A stretch of 63,054 bases of DNA, counting the filler. It is 5 parts of 5 records of this genome, joined end to end, with 100 filler letters (N's around TTAATTAATTAA, not from the genome) between each part and the next. Parts side by side here need not be neighbours in the genome. Positions count along the whole stretch, not along the records: positions 1 to 10,470 come from DRR723986_5351; positions 10,571 to 28,927 come from DRR723986_5365; 3 more parts are not named here. One strand, written 5' to 3'. The notes beneath the pieces are model-generated. The model was not told the DNA's origin. It did no database searches and saw only the letters and a program-made list of their open reading frames with translations. Below, in pieces: positions 7,392 through 17,356 of this stretch; position 1 is the first letter of the stretch, and each line of letters starts with the position of its first letter. The translations under genes were made by a program, and so were the position numbers.

Positions 7392-9959
7392 ATGATGCGA
7401 AATCTATCGACTGGCCTGGTCATTATTGCGCTCGCCATTGCGCCACTTGTGGCGGGCGACTTCTCCGTAGACGAATACAAGCAGTTCCTTGAGAACAACA
7501 AGGACATGTCTACTTCCGACCTGCTACAAATGTATCCCGGCGGCGTTTTTGAACCCGCAACTGATCTCCGCTTCGCAGATGCGGCCTTTGCCGATGAAGT
7601 GGATGCGCACTATGATCTAACCGACTACGAAAAAGCGCTGATTGATCAGCATGGTTTTGTTGTTACCGAACGCCTCAGCAGATCGCGTTTTGCGAATGCT
7701 TTCCTGGATGTGTACAAATCACACCTGCCGGTTTATGTGTCCAGCGATGCGATTCTGCACGCCGTGCACATGTCCTATGATGCAATTCTGATTGACTTTG
7801 AGACACAGATTATCATCCCGGAGCTGAAGCAGTTTCTGAATAAGCTGCTTGCGCACCAAAGTGTCCTGGAGCAGCGTTATGCCAACAACCAGGAAATGCA
7901 GGCCAGCCTGCGCGACTATGACGTGCATCTGACGATTGCCGCCAAACTCCTGGGCGGAACTACTGAAGCCCACTATAGCGACAATGTGGACATTATTGAA
8001 ACACTGATGCAAGCCGTGGCGGGTGAAAGTCCGCTCTCATATCCGCTTTACACAGCGGAGGCTGATCGCATGATTGATTTCAGTCAAATGACGCCGCGCG
8101 GACACTACACAGATTCCGAAGAATTAACCATGTACTTCCAGTCCATGATGTGGCTGGGCCGTACTGAGATATATTTGAGCGCGCCTAAGTCTGCCAGTGA
8201 GGGCCCAACCGAAGCCGATGTTCAGCGCCAAACAATTACTGCCTTGTTGATGGCCGAGGCGGCTGCCGAGACAGGTGCAATTGAGAATCACGACAATATT
8301 AACCAAATCCTGGAAGCATTTATTGGCGAGCAGGACAATGTAGCTCTGCGCAATCTGCTCGAAGTTAAACAGGAGCTTGGTGTACAGGATGCTGCCAGTC
8401 TGACTGACCTGGCTGCTCTCCGCGAGTACCAAAACACTTTGGAGAACAAGTCCTACTCCGGTCAGCGGATCCTTTCGCAGATTTTGATGTCCGACCCAAT
8501 GTCTCCGGATCAGATTGAGCCGGCGATGGCGTTCCTGGTAATGGGCCAGCGTTTTATTCTCGACTCCTACGTGTTCAGCAATGTAGTGTATGACCGGATT
8601 GAGTTTGAAAACTCAAAGATCAAACGCATGCTGCCAAGCAATCAGGATGTGCTGTTTGCACTGGGCAACAACGCTTCCGTGCAATTGCTTGAGGATGAGC
8701 TTGCGCGTTTCCCTTACGCCAGCAACCTCGCCGGCCTGCGTTATATGGTGGACCAGTATGACGAAAACTTCTGGGATGCTTCGATCTATACAAACTGGTT
8801 AAACTCAATTCGTTCGCTTAACCCACCTTCCTTTGAAGAGCGTGCCGAACTGCCAAAGTTCATGAAAACCGCTGCATGGTGGCAGAAAACGATGAATACG
8901 CAGCTGGCCTCCTGGGCACAATTGCGTCACGATAACCTGCTGTATGCCAAGCAGTCCTATTCGGGTGGTATTGGCTGTCAGTTCCCGGAAAGTTATGTGG
9001 AGCCGGTTCCGGCGTTCTACGATGCAGTTGCCGGTCTTGCCCGCAACGCGCATGCTTCGATTGAATCGTTTAACTTTCAAGATAATAGTGTTAAGGCCAA
9101 AATGCTCTCGTACTTCGATATTCTTGAGCAGCACATGGGCACACTTAGCGCCATTGCAGTTAACCAACTCAATCACGTTGAATTAACTGACACACAAAAA
9201 CAATTCCTGCGCACGATGATTTTTGATATCCCGCAGGGCTGTGATGTTAATTTTGGCGGCTGGTACACGAGCCTGTATTACACCGGCAACAACGGAATGA
9301 AAGCTGCCGACATCATTGTGGCGGATGTACACACCGCGCCAACGGATGAAGCCGGAAATACTGTCGGCTGGGTACTGCACGCTGGAACGGGAATGATTGA
9401 CATGGGGATTATCCTTGTTGAAAATTGCCTGGGAACACCAACGGTCTACACCGGCCCTGTCATGAGTTATCACGAGCATGTGAGTCTCAACTTCAAACGG
9501 CACACGGATGAAGAATGGGAAGTTATGCATCATGCCGGTGAAGCTCCCGGACGCCCTGAGTTTGTTAACCTCTACCTAGCCGACAAAAATGGCGAACCTA
9601 AAGGCCAGATTACACAAACGCTGCACATGGGTGTAACGGATGTGGAAGACGGTCCGGGTCAGGCTGTGAGTGGCGGAGTTGAACTGCGCCCAAGTTTCCC
9701 GAATCCATTTGCCGAAAGCACGATGCTGCAGTTTAACGTTTCAAGTTCACAGGCATACGAGCTGACGACTGTTAAAGTCTACGACATGTCCGGCCGCCTG
9801 GTACGCAACTTGTTTAACGACTATCTGCCGGCCGGTGCTATGCAACTGCGCTGGGACGGTGCCGACGAGGCGGGTGTTAAACTCGGCAATGGCGTCTACG
9901 CTTACGAAGTCACAATTGGTGATGAGCGCGGTGGCGGTCAGTTAACCATTAACCGTTAA
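7392..9959 (+). CDS. Secreted DUF3160-like protein with C-terminal FlgD-Ig/secretion-tail-like domain
   Basis: Signal peptide MMRNLSTGLVIIALAIAPLVA; motifs DFSQMTPRGHYT, LASWAQLRHDNLLYAKQSY, YVEPVP, IVADVHT; tail PSFPNPF...VYDMSGRLVR...WDG...GVY; GAGG RBS before ATG 7392. Confidence 0.75.
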   Translation: MMRNLSTGLVIIALAIAPLVAGDFSVDEYKQFLENNKDMSTSDLLQMYPGGVFEPATDLRFADAAFADEVDAHYDLTDYEKALIDQHGFVVTERLSRSRFANAFLDVYKSHLPVYVSSDAILHAVHMSYDAILIDFETQIIIPELKQFLNKLLAHQSVLEQRYANNQEMQASLRDYDVHLTIAAKLLGGTTEAHYSDNVDIIETLMQAVAGESPLSYPLYTAEADRMIDFSQMTPRGHYTDSEELTMYFQSMMWLGRTEIYLSAPKSASEGPTEADVQRQTITALLMAEAAAETGAIENHDNINQILEAFIGEQDNVALRNLLEVKQELGVQDAASLTDLAALREYQNTLENKSYSGQRILSQILMSDPMSPDQIEPAMAFLVMGQRFILDSYVFSNVVYDRIEFENSKIKRMLPSNQDVLFALGNNASVQLLEDELARFPYASNLAGLRYMVDQYDENFWDASIYTNWLNSIRSLNPPSFEERAELPKFMKTAAWWQKTMNTQLASWAQLRHDNLLYAKQSYSGGIGCQFPESYVEPVPAFYDAVAGLARNAHASIESFNFQDNSVKAKMLSYFDILEQHMGTLSAIAVNQLNHVELTDTQKQFLRTMIFDIPQGCDVNFGGWYTSLYYTGNNGMKAADIIVADVHTAPTDEAGNTVGWVLHAGTGMIDMGIILVENCLGTPTVYTGPVMSYHEHVSLNFKRHTDEEWEVMHHAGEAPGRPEFVNLYLADKNGEPKGQITQTLHMGVTDVEDGPGQAVSGGVELRPSFPNPFAESTMLQFNVSSSQAYELTTVKVYDMSGRLVRNLFNDYLPAGAMQLRWDGADEAGVKLGNGVYAYEVTIGDERGGGQLTINR

Positions 9960-10004
9960 ACAACGGCTCCGACATAGAAAAAATGACGTGTGTTTGGCGT
10001 CAAT

Positions 10005-10040
10005 AGGGCGTTCTCCTCTGGAGGCGCCCTGACTTATTTT
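10005..10040 (+). terminator. Probable intrinsic terminator after the DUF3160-like gene
   Basis: AGGGCG..CTCC-TCT-GGAG.CGCCCT stem followed by GACTTATTTT. Confidence 0.45.
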
Positions 10041-10447
10041 AAAAGGATTTCTTGAGCACTTCGCTCCCGCCGCGGCGGATAGCTTGTTTGTTTCTTTTTG
10101 TTAGGCGCTGGGACTTCAGCCTTACGTCTCTGGGTCTGTCTGGCCTGCGGCCTTTAAGTTGATGAGACTTGTGCCTTGCCTGGTGGTCAAGAGCGCGGCT
10201 CCAGAATCAAAATCTATGCGGCGATAGTTGTCGGGGCGGATCACAAGCCTCAACGACTTGTGTGCTTAATTGCAGTCAACCAGAAATATGTTATGCGTTT
10301 TTTTGGCATAGATCGTCCGACGGAGCGAACTGTCGCTTTAGCCAAAGAAGCAAGGTCAAAAAACTAAACGGCGCAGGGTTTCTGATTTAGGGGTAAGAGA
10401 TTCTGTGAAATCTCAATGAATTTTAGATGTCAACTATTCTAAAACCG

Positions 10448-10470
10448 GGTCGAGCCCTTAGGGCTCGACC
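10448..10470. repeat. Perfect palindrome at contig end (REP-like)
   Basis: GGTCGAGCCC-TTA-GGGCTCGACC. Confidence 0.6.
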
Positions 10471-10570
10471 NNNNNNNNNNNNNNNNNNNNNNNNNNNNNN
10501 NNNNNNNNNNNNNNTTAATTAATTAANNNNNNNNNNNNNNNNNNNNNNNNNNNNNNNNNNNNNNNNNNNN
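10471..10570. other. Artificial contig spacer
   Basis: N run, TTAATTAATTAA (stops in all frames), N run. Confidence 0.99.
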
Positions 10571-10897
10571 AAATGCACCCTCTGCGTGGACCGGATCTAT
10601 AATGAAAACTTACCCGAGGTGGACCGCGTCCCGTCCTGCGTGCGCACCTGCCCCGCTGGCGCGCGCCATTTCGGCGATCTGGGCGACCCAGACAGCACTG
10701 TCAGCCAATTGGTCGCAGAGCGCGGCGGGGTTGACCTGATGCCGGAACAGGGCACCAAACCCGTGAACAAATACCTGCCGCCCCGCCCCAAGGATGCCTT
10801 GCCCGAATTTGATGTTCTGGCGCCTTTCCTTGAACCCGTGGCGCAAGAGCCCAAGGGCTTTCTTGGCTGGCTCGACAAAACACTGGAGAAACTCTGA
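10571..10897 (+). CDS. soeB: 4Fe-4S subunit of a DMSO-reductase-family enzyme, SoeB/DmsB-like (5' truncated)
   Basis: KCTLCVDRIY...PSCVRTCPAGARHFGDL; stop overlaps start of a DmsC-like anchor gene. Confidence 0.75.
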   Translation, partial: KCTLCVDRIYNENLPEVDRVPSCVRTCPAGARHFGDLGDPDSTVSQLVAERGGVDLMPEQGTKPVNKYLPPRPKDALPEFDVLAPFLEPVAQEPKGFLGWLDKTLEKL

Positions 10898-11769
10898 TGC
10901 ATCCGGCCCCTTCTGTTATCTTTTTCTCCACCTTCTCCGGCCTTGGCTTTGGCCTGCTGTTCTGGCTTGGCCTTGGCATACCGAGCGTCACTGGCTTTTC
11001 TGCCTTTGCCTTCTTCACCATCGCTTATGTGCTGGCGGTGGGCGGGCTGATCTCCTCGACCTTCCACCTTGGGCACCCCGAACGGGCGCTCAAAGCCTTC
11101 ACCCAATGGCGCAGCAGTTGGCTTAGCCGCGAAGGCTGGTGCGCGGTTCTGGCGCTGGTCATTCTGGCGGTCTATGGCATCGGCCTCGTGTTCTTTGACA
11201 GCCGCTGGACCATACTTGGCCTGATCGGCGGTCTGTTTGCCTTGGGCACAGTGTTCACCACCTCGATGATCTATGCCCAGCTCAAGACGGTGCCGCGCTG
11301 GAATATGCCCCTGACCCCGGCCAATTTTCTGTCGCTCAGCATCGCTGGCGGTGCCCTTTTGGCGGGGCAGGTCACTTGGGCGATTGGCCTGCTGATTGTT
11401 TCAGGGATCATTCAGGCGGCAACATGGGTGATGGGCGACAAGGCCTTTGGCAACTCTGGCAGCGATCTGGCCAGCGCAACCCAATTGGGCCACATCGGCA
11501 CCCCTCGCGCGTTTGAGCCGCCGCACACCGGCACCAACTATCTGCTGCGGGAATTTGTGCATGTGATCGGACGCAAACACGCCCAAAAACTGCGCCTGAT
11601 CGCCATTTCCCTGATGGCAGTGTTGCCTGTGGTCCTGCTGTTGCTGCCATTCAATCACCTGTTGGCAGTTGTCGCGGTGCTGGCCCATGTGGCGGGTGTC
11701 CTGGCGGCACGTTGGTTGTTCTTTGCCGAGGCTGAACATGTGGTTGGTCTTTACTACGGCAAGCGTTGA
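10897..11769 (+). CDS. soeC: DmsC/SoeC-like membrane anchor subunit
   Basis: MHPAPSVIFF, STFHLGHPERA, SSWLSRE, RWLFFAEAEH; multiple TM helices. Confidence 0.8.
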   Translation: MHPAPSVIFFSTFSGLGFGLLFWLGLGIPSVTGFSAFAFFTIAYVLAVGGLISSTFHLGHPERALKAFTQWRSSWLSREGWCAVLALVILAVYGIGLVFFDSRWTILGLIGGLFALGTVFTTSMIYAQLKTVPRWNMPLTPANFLSLSIAGGALLAGQVTWAIGLLIVSGIIQAATWVMGDKAFGNSGSDLASATQLGHIGTPRAFEPPHTGTNYLLREFVHVIGRKHAQKLRLIAISLMAVLPVVLLLLPFNHLLAVVAVLAHVAGVLAARWLFFAEAEHVVGLYYGKR

Positions 11770-11774
11770 TCGGG

Positions 11775-12248
11775 ATGGAGTTGACCCTGCGTCCGGCCCG
11801 CCCCGATGAGGCAGAGGCGCTCACTGATCTGGTGATGCGTTCCAAGCAATCCAACGGCTATGATGACGCCTTTATGGCGGCCTGCGCGGATGAGTTGCGC
11901 GTGACGCCCGCACGGATCGCCGCAGGCAATTTCTGGGTGGCGGAGGCGCAGGGCGCGCTGCGCGGCTGCGTCACGCTCGATCCAGACAGCGCCACGGGCC
12001 AAGGTTCAATATCGACTTTCTTTATTGATCCCGAAGCCAAACGGCAGGGCGTTGGCCGCGCCCTTTGGGGCGAAGTCCAAGCCGCCGCGAGGTCACAGGG
12101 CATGTCCCAGCTCAAGCTGGACGCCGATCCGGCAGCGGTGCCGTTTTACCAAGCGATTGGGTTCAAAACCGTCCGCGAGGTGCCATCAGGCTCCATTCCC
12201 GGACGGGTTCTGCCGCAAATGGAATTGACGCTGCCACCGGAAGCGTAG
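11775..12248 (+). CDS. GNAT family N-acetyltransferase
   Basis: FIDPEAKRQGVGRAL acetyl-CoA motif; A.PFYQAIGF. Confidence 0.85.
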   Translation: MELTLRPARPDEAEALTDLVMRSKQSNGYDDAFMAACADELRVTPARIAAGNFWVAEAQGALRGCVTLDPDSATGQGSISTFFIDPEAKRQGVGRALWGEVQAAARSQGMSQLKLDADPAAVPFYQAIGFKTVREVPSGSIPGRVLPQMELTLPPEA

Positions 12249-12267
12249 GGCGGGGTTCACCCCGCCA
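12245..12267 (+). repeat. GTAG-type REP-like palindrome, copy 1
   Basis: GTAG-GGCGGGG-TTCA-CCCCGCC-A. Confidence 0.65.
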
Positions 12268-12277
12268 CCACGGCAAA

Positions 12278-13444
12278 TCACGACATCGGCAACCGCACCT
12301 CAACCACACGCGCCATAATCGACGCGCCAACAGGCAGGATCGAGGTATCCAGAACATATTCGGGATTGTGCAGCGGCGCAGTGCCGCCGTGACCAACTGT
12401 GCAATAAGCGCCCGGCACCACGCGTAGCATATCGGCAAAATCCTCTGACCCGGTGACAGGCGGAGCATAAGGATCAAGGTTCTCAACCCCGACAATATCA
12501 CCGGCCGCCTGCATATAGACATCCGACAACTCGTCATCGTTGATCAAGACATCGAACACGGACCGTAGATCAAGCGTGATCTCAACCCCATGGGCGATGG
12601 CAAAACCATCACACAAGGCCTGCATCCGCTCGGCGGCCAGTTCATACATCTCATCCGCGAAATAGCGCACCGTGCCTGCCAATGTCGCGGTCTCTGGCAC
12701 CACGTTATAAGCCGATCCCGAATGGATCTGGGTGATCGACATGACCAGAACCTCTTGCGCGGGGATGTTGCGGCTGAGGATGGTTTGCATCTCGCTGGCC
12801 AGTGACGCGGCAATGATCAGTGCATCGCGAGAATCGCTCGGCCTGGCGGCATGGCTGCCTTTGCCCTTGATATGGATGTCAAAGAACGCCGCCCCTGCCA
12901 TTGCCTGCCCTTTGCAAATCCCAACCTTGCCGGGCTTGCCATTGGGATGGTTGTGCATCCCGAAAATCTCATCACAGGGGAATTGTTCGAACAAGCCATC
13001 CGCCAGCATCTGTTTGGCCCCGCCAAGCCCCTCTTCGGCAGGCTGAAACACCACCACCGCAGTGCCGTCAAAATCCCGCGTTGCTGCCAGATGTTTCGCC
13101 GCGCCCAACAGCATCGTGGTGTGACTGTCATGACCACATGCATGCATCACACCGTCGTTCTTTGACGCGTAAGGCAGACCCGTGGCCTCATGGATCGGCA
13201 GCGCGTCCATATCGGCCCGCAGGCCCACACGGCGATTGCCCTGCCCCTTGCCGCGAATGATCCCGACAACCCCGGTCTTGCCCAACCCCTCATGCACCTC
13301 GTCCACACCATAACTGCGCAGCTTTTCCGCAACAATGCCGCTGGTGCGTACTTCGGTAAAGCCGATCTCGGGATGCGCATGAAGGTCGCGGAAAATGTCC
13401 TCCAGCTCGGGGAGGCTGTCGGCGATGGTGGGCAAGATATTCAT
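12278..13444 (-). CDS. M20D amidohydrolase (hippurate hydrolase-like)
   Basis: LHAHPE, LRADMDALP, MHACGHD, FQPAEEG, GSEDF. Confidence 0.92.
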   Translation of the reverse strand: MNILPTIADSLPELEDIFRDLHAHPEIGFTEVRTSGIVAEKLRSYGVDEVHEGLGKTGVVGIIRGKGQGNRRVGLRADMDALPIHEATGLPYASKNDGVMHACGHDSHTTMLLGAAKHLAATRDFDGTAVVVFQPAEEGLGGAKQMLADGLFEQFPCDEIFGMHNHPNGKPGKVGICKGQAMAGAAFFDIHIKGKGSHAARPSDSRDALIIAASLASEMQTILSRNIPAQEVLVMSITQIHSGSAYNVVPETATLAGTVRYFADEMYELAAERMQALCDGFAIAHGVEITLDLRSVFDVLINDDELSDVYMQAAGDIVGVENLDPYAPPVTGSEDFADMLRVVPGAYCTVGHGGTAPLHNPEYVLDTSILPVGASIMARVVEVRLPMS

Positions 13445-13510
13445 GAAAAAGGCTCCGGGTTGTTTTCCGCCTATGGTGGGACGAAGCCCAGCAAACCGCA
13501 ACCCGGAACC

Positions 13511-13533
13511 ACAGGGCGGGGCTCACCCCGCCA
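13511..13533 (+). repeat. REP-like palindrome, copy 2
   Basis: ACAG-GGCGGGG-CTCA-CCCCGCC-A; near-identical to 12245-12267. Confidence 0.6.
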
Positions 13534-13544
13534 AGATACCTGAA

Positions 13545-14420
13545 TCAGTTGGTCAAACCGGCATGACGCATCGCGTCATCAACCATTACTTTGGTCTCGT
13601 CCGACAGGGCTGTCAGCGGCAGCCGCACCTCATCAGAACACAGATCAAGCTTGGACATGGCGTATTTCACACCCACCAGACCCGGCTCGGTAAAGATGGC
13701 TTTGTGCAGCGGCATCAGACGGTCCTGAATATCAAGCGCGGCGCGATAATCGCCAGCGGCGCAGGCCGCCTGCATCTTGGCCAGCATCGCGGGGGCCACA
13801 TTGGCCGTAACCGAAATGCAGCCTGTGCCACCTTGCGCGTTAAACCCATGCGCGGTCGCATCTTCACCCGACAACTGCACAAAATCCGGGCCGCATGTCA
13901 TCCGCTGATCACAGACCCGCGCCAGATCACCGGTGGCGTCTTTTACACCCACAATGCGCGGCAACTTGGCGAGTTCGCCCATTGTTGCGGGCGTCATATC
14001 CACAACAGACCGGCCAGGAATATTGTAGATGATCACAGGCAAGTTGCAGCAATCGTGCACAGCGGTAAAATGCGCGATCAGGCCGCGCTGGGTTGGCTTG
14101 TTGTAATAGGGCGTCACGACCAGAACCGCATCGGCGCCAACAGATTCTGCATGACGGGCCAGGCGGATGCTTTCGGTGGTGTTGTTGGACCCAGCACCGG
14201 CAATGACCGGAACCCGGCCCGCGGCGGCTTTGACCACCTCTTCCACGACAATCTCATGCTCGCGGTGGGTCAGTGTGGGCGATTCGCCGGTCGTGCCAAC
14301 CGGCACAAGGCCATCACTGCCTTCGCCGATGTGCCACTCCACAAGTTTCTTCAAGGTCTCCAGATCCAGCTCGCCGTTGCGAAACGGCGTGACGAGGGCA
14401 GGCATAGAACCTGTAAACAT
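13545..14420 (-). CDS. dapA: 4-hydroxy-tetrahydrodipicolinate synthase
   Basis: [32 protein letters not shown]. Confidence 0.95.
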   Translation of the reverse strand: MFTGSMPALVTPFRNGELDLETLKKLVEWHIGEGSDGLVPVGTTGESPTLTHREHEIVVEEVVKAAAGRVPVIAGAGSNNTTESIRLARHAESVGADAVLVVTPYYNKPTQRGLIAHFTAVHDCCNLPVIIYNIPGRSVVDMTPATMGELAKLPRIVGVKDATGDLARVCDQRMTCGPDFVQLSGEDATAHGFNAQGGTGCISVTANVAPAMLAKMQAACAAGDYRAALDIQDRLMPLHKAIFTEPGLVGVKYAMSKLDLCSDEVRLPLTALSDETKVMVDDAMRHAGLTN

Positions 14421-14557
14421 GTGCACGCTCCTTTGTTGTGCTGGTCGGCAGAATTGCCGAACTTCTGAATGACCATTGGCGCGGGTGTGATTTGATTACG
14501 CTGCGCCACGGTATATGTTTCAAGGCTCTAGCCTCTGACCCATGGGAAATGCAAGCA

Positions 14558-16522
14558 ATGACACGCATTCTGACGCTCTTCGCGCTTGTTTTTATGCTTG
14601 CTGTGCCCGCGTTGGCCGAACGGCCCCGCCCCCTGGCCAAAGCGCTGGAGGCGATGCGCAGCGGAAATTGGGAAAACGCCAGCCGGATCGCGGCCCGTGA
14701 TGGGCAGATAGCCGCCGATATTGTCACATGGCATCACCTGCGTGCCGGGCGCGGCAGTTACGCCGAGATTACCGCGTTTCTCAGTCGCCGAAACAACTGG
14801 CCCGGAGAGGCATATCTGCGCAAACAATCAGAAACCGCGGTCATCGGGCAAAGCGCCGCCAAAATCCTGCAATTTTTCGAAGGTCGCCCGCCGCAAACCC
14901 CGCTGGGTGTGCTGGCCTACGCCGCCGCGCTGATCCGTGATGGTCAGAAAGACAAAGCGGAGGATTTGTTGATCCAGACATGGCGCAGCATGGACATGGA
15001 CCGGCCTGCGCAAATCCTGTTTCTCGCCGATCATGCCGCCTTGCTCAAACCTCATCACGCCGCCCGGTTGGAGGCCTTGCTGTGGCAACGCAAACATGAC
15101 GCCGCACGCCGGATGTTTGATCTGGTCAGCACCGATAGGGTTGCCCTCGCCGAAACCCGCATCGCGCTGCAACGCCTGTCGCGTGAGGTGAACGCACTGA
15201 TTGACGCCTTGCCACCTCAGCACGCCAATGATCCGGGGTTGCAGCACGACCGTTTCGAATGGCGCATCCGCAAGGGCCTTGGCGGATCGGCAAAAGAACT
15301 GCTTCTGGCGCAATCCACCAGTGCCAAAGCCTTGGGGAAACCCTCCGCATGGAGCAATCGCCGCCGTGCCTTGGCCCGGTCCGAGATGCGCGCAGGCAAT
15401 GGCAAGCAGGCCTATCAATTGGCATCGCAACATTTCCTGACCGAAGGGTCCGACTATGCCGACCTTGAATGGTTGTCGGGCTATCTGGCGTTGCGGTTCC
15501 TCAATGACCCCGCAGCGGCACACCAGCATTTCCTCAACCACGACAGCGCCGTGCAATCGCCAATTTCGCAGGGCCGTGCCGGATACTGGCAAGGCAGGGC
15601 TCTTGAGGAGATGGGAGACAAAGACGGCGCTCAAAAAGCCTATGCCGAGGGCGCGAAATACCAGACATCGTTCTACGGGCTGTTGGCCGCAGAGCGGGGC
15701 GGTTTGCCATTTGACGCAAAGCTTGCCGGTACGGAGCTGCCACCCGACTGGAGAGGCGCAGCCTTTGCCCGTGACCCACGGTTCGAGGCCGGCATCTTGC
15801 TGCAAGCCTCGGGTGAGCTCTCGCTTGCCGAACGGTTCTGGCTGCATCTGGCAGATGGGCTGGATGAAACCGGGCTATCACAACTGGGCCAAGCCGCCAT
15901 TGATTTGGACCAACCGCACCTTGCCGTCATGATTGGCAAGCGGGCGGCACAGCGCGGGCTGACCATCGCCGCGCCGTACTATCCGCTGCATCCCCTGTTG
16001 GAACTTGACCTGCCAATGGCGCCCGAGATGAACCTCGCCATCGCCCGGCGCGAAAGTGAATTTGATGCTGTGGTGGTCAGCCATGCGGGCGCACGCGGCT
16101 TGATGCAACTGATGCCCGCCACTGCCCGCGATGTCGCCTCTGATCTGGGCATTTCGGGTCTGCACACCACCGACAGACTGACCGCTGATCCAGACCACAA
16201 CGCACGGCTGGGCGCGACCTATCTGTCGCAGATGGCCGGGCGGTTTGATGGAAATGTCTCCATGGTTGCGGCGGCATACAACGCCGGACCCAGCAGGCCG
16301 GACCGCTGGATGGCCACCTACGGTGATCCGCGCAAAGGTCAGATTGATATCGTCGATTGGGTCGAAATGATCCCGTTCCGCGAAACGCAAAACTACGTCA
16401 TGCGGGTCACGGAAAGCCTGCCGATCTATCGCGCCAGACTGGGCAAAGATCCGTTGCCGATCCCGTTTTCTGAAGAACTAGTGGGCCGCACGCTTTTGCC
16501 GTTCACGCCAAAAGGTGAATAG
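14558..16522 (+). CDS. slt: Soluble lytic murein transglycosylase (Slt70-like)
   Basis: Signal peptide; IARRESEF, GARGLMQLMPATA, AAYNAGP, IPFRETQNYV; divergent from dapA as is common in alphaproteobacteria. Confidence 0.9.
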   Translation: MTRILTLFALVFMLAVPALAERPRPLAKALEAMRSGNWENASRIAARDGQIAADIVTWHHLRAGRGSYAEITAFLSRRNNWPGEAYLRKQSETAVIGQSAAKILQFFEGRPPQTPLGVLAYAAALIRDGQKDKAEDLLIQTWRSMDMDRPAQILFLADHAALLKPHHAARLEALLWQRKHDAARRMFDLVSTDRVALAETRIALQRLSREVNALIDALPPQHANDPGLQHDRFEWRIRKGLGGSAKELLLAQSTSAKALGKPSAWSNRRRALARSEMRAGNGKQAYQLASQHFLTEGSDYADLEWLSGYLALRFLNDPAAAHQHFLNHDSAVQSPISQGRAGYWQGRALEEMGDKDGAQKAYAEGAKYQTSFYGLLAAERGGLPFDAKLAGTELPPDWRGAAFARDPRFEAGILLQASGELSLAERFWLHLADGLDETGLSQLGQAAIDLDQPHLAVMIGKRAAQRGLTIAAPYYPLHPLLELDLPMAPEMNLAIARRESEFDAVVVSHAGARGLMQLMPATARDVASDLGISGLHTTDRLTADPDHNARLGATYLSQMAGRFDGNVSMVAAAYNAGPSRPDRWMATYGDPRKGQIDIVDWVEMIPFRETQNYVMRVTESLPIYRARLGKDPLPIPFSEELVGRTLLPFTPKGE

Positions 16523-17356
16523 CCCCGCCGCCACGATCAATCCAACCCCGATGGCGACATTGCTGCGGATGGTTTCCCCGAAAAAGCTGATCCCGATCAA
16601 GGCCGCAAAGACCAGTTGCAGATAGGCAAAGGGTTGCACCGCGCTGGCCTCCGCCACCTCGTAACAGCGGATCAAAAGCCAATGACCGGTGACCCCCGTA
16701 ACACAGAGGCACCCCATGAACATCCAATCGGTTGCGGCCATCGGTTCCCAAAACCATACGCCAGCGAATGTCATGGCAATGGCCCCGGTCACACCCGTCC
16801 AAAAGAAGCTGGTGGCGGTGCTGTCACGCCGAGACACATAGCGGGTGAGCAACCCATAGACCGCGAACATCGTAGCAGACAAAAGCGGGATCACAGCCGC
16901 GGGATCAAACACCGACATGCCCGGCTGCAAGATGATCAATACCCCGATGAAACCCACTCCGATCGCAGCCCAGCGCCGCCAGCCGACTTTCTCTCCCAGA
17001 ACCGGGCCAGAAAGCGCGGCAACCAAGAGCGGATAGCAGGTAAACACCGCATGGCTTTCCACCAGACCAAGAATGGTAAACGCCGCCACCATAACACAAA
17101 TTTCCGCTGCCAGCAGGACGCCGCGCAGAGTTTGCAGCAACGGTTGATGGGTCTTGGCCGCCGCCCGAATGCCCCCTGACCTGCGCCGTGCAATGGCAAT
17201 CACAAAGGCCGCAAAGAACCAATACCGGATCATCACCACCATCAGAACATTGTATTCGCCCGCCAAATGCTGCGACAGGCCATCCTGCACCGCGAACACA
17301 AAGGTGGTGGCCACCATCAAGGCGATGCCAAGTGGAATATTGTTGGACTGGCTCAT
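16478..17356 (-). CDS. DMT/EamA family transporter
   Basis: About 10 TM helices; LGEKVGWRRW; AEASAVQPFAYLQL. Confidence 0.9.
   Translation of the reverse strand: MSQSNNIPLGIALMVATTFVFAVQDGLSQHLAGEYNVLMVVMIRYWFFAAFVIAIARRRSGGIRAAAKTHQPLLQTLRGVLLAAEICVMVAAFTILGLVESHAVFTCYPLLVAALSGPVLGEKVGWRRWAAIGVGFIGVLIILQPGMSVFDPAAVIPLLSATMFAVYGLLTRYVSRRDSTATSFFWTGVTGAIAMTFAGVWFWEPMAATDWMFMGCLCVTGVTGHWLLIRCYEVAEASAVQPFAYLQLVFAALIGISFFGETIRSNVAIGVGLIVAAGLFTFWRERQKRAAH

Noticed and set aside
10471-10570. TTAATTAATTAA flanked by N runs, recurring four times (also 28928, 46984, 54071)
   Set aside because: Artificial six-frame-stop linker joining contigs; gene neighbourhoods across these junctions are not biological.
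13395-14468. Long opposite-strand ORFs (357 aa here; also 14828-15847, 26639-27598, 62272-63027)
   Set aside because: Antisense shadows of well-supported genes (dapA, slt, fadH, DadA-like) in GC-rich DNA.
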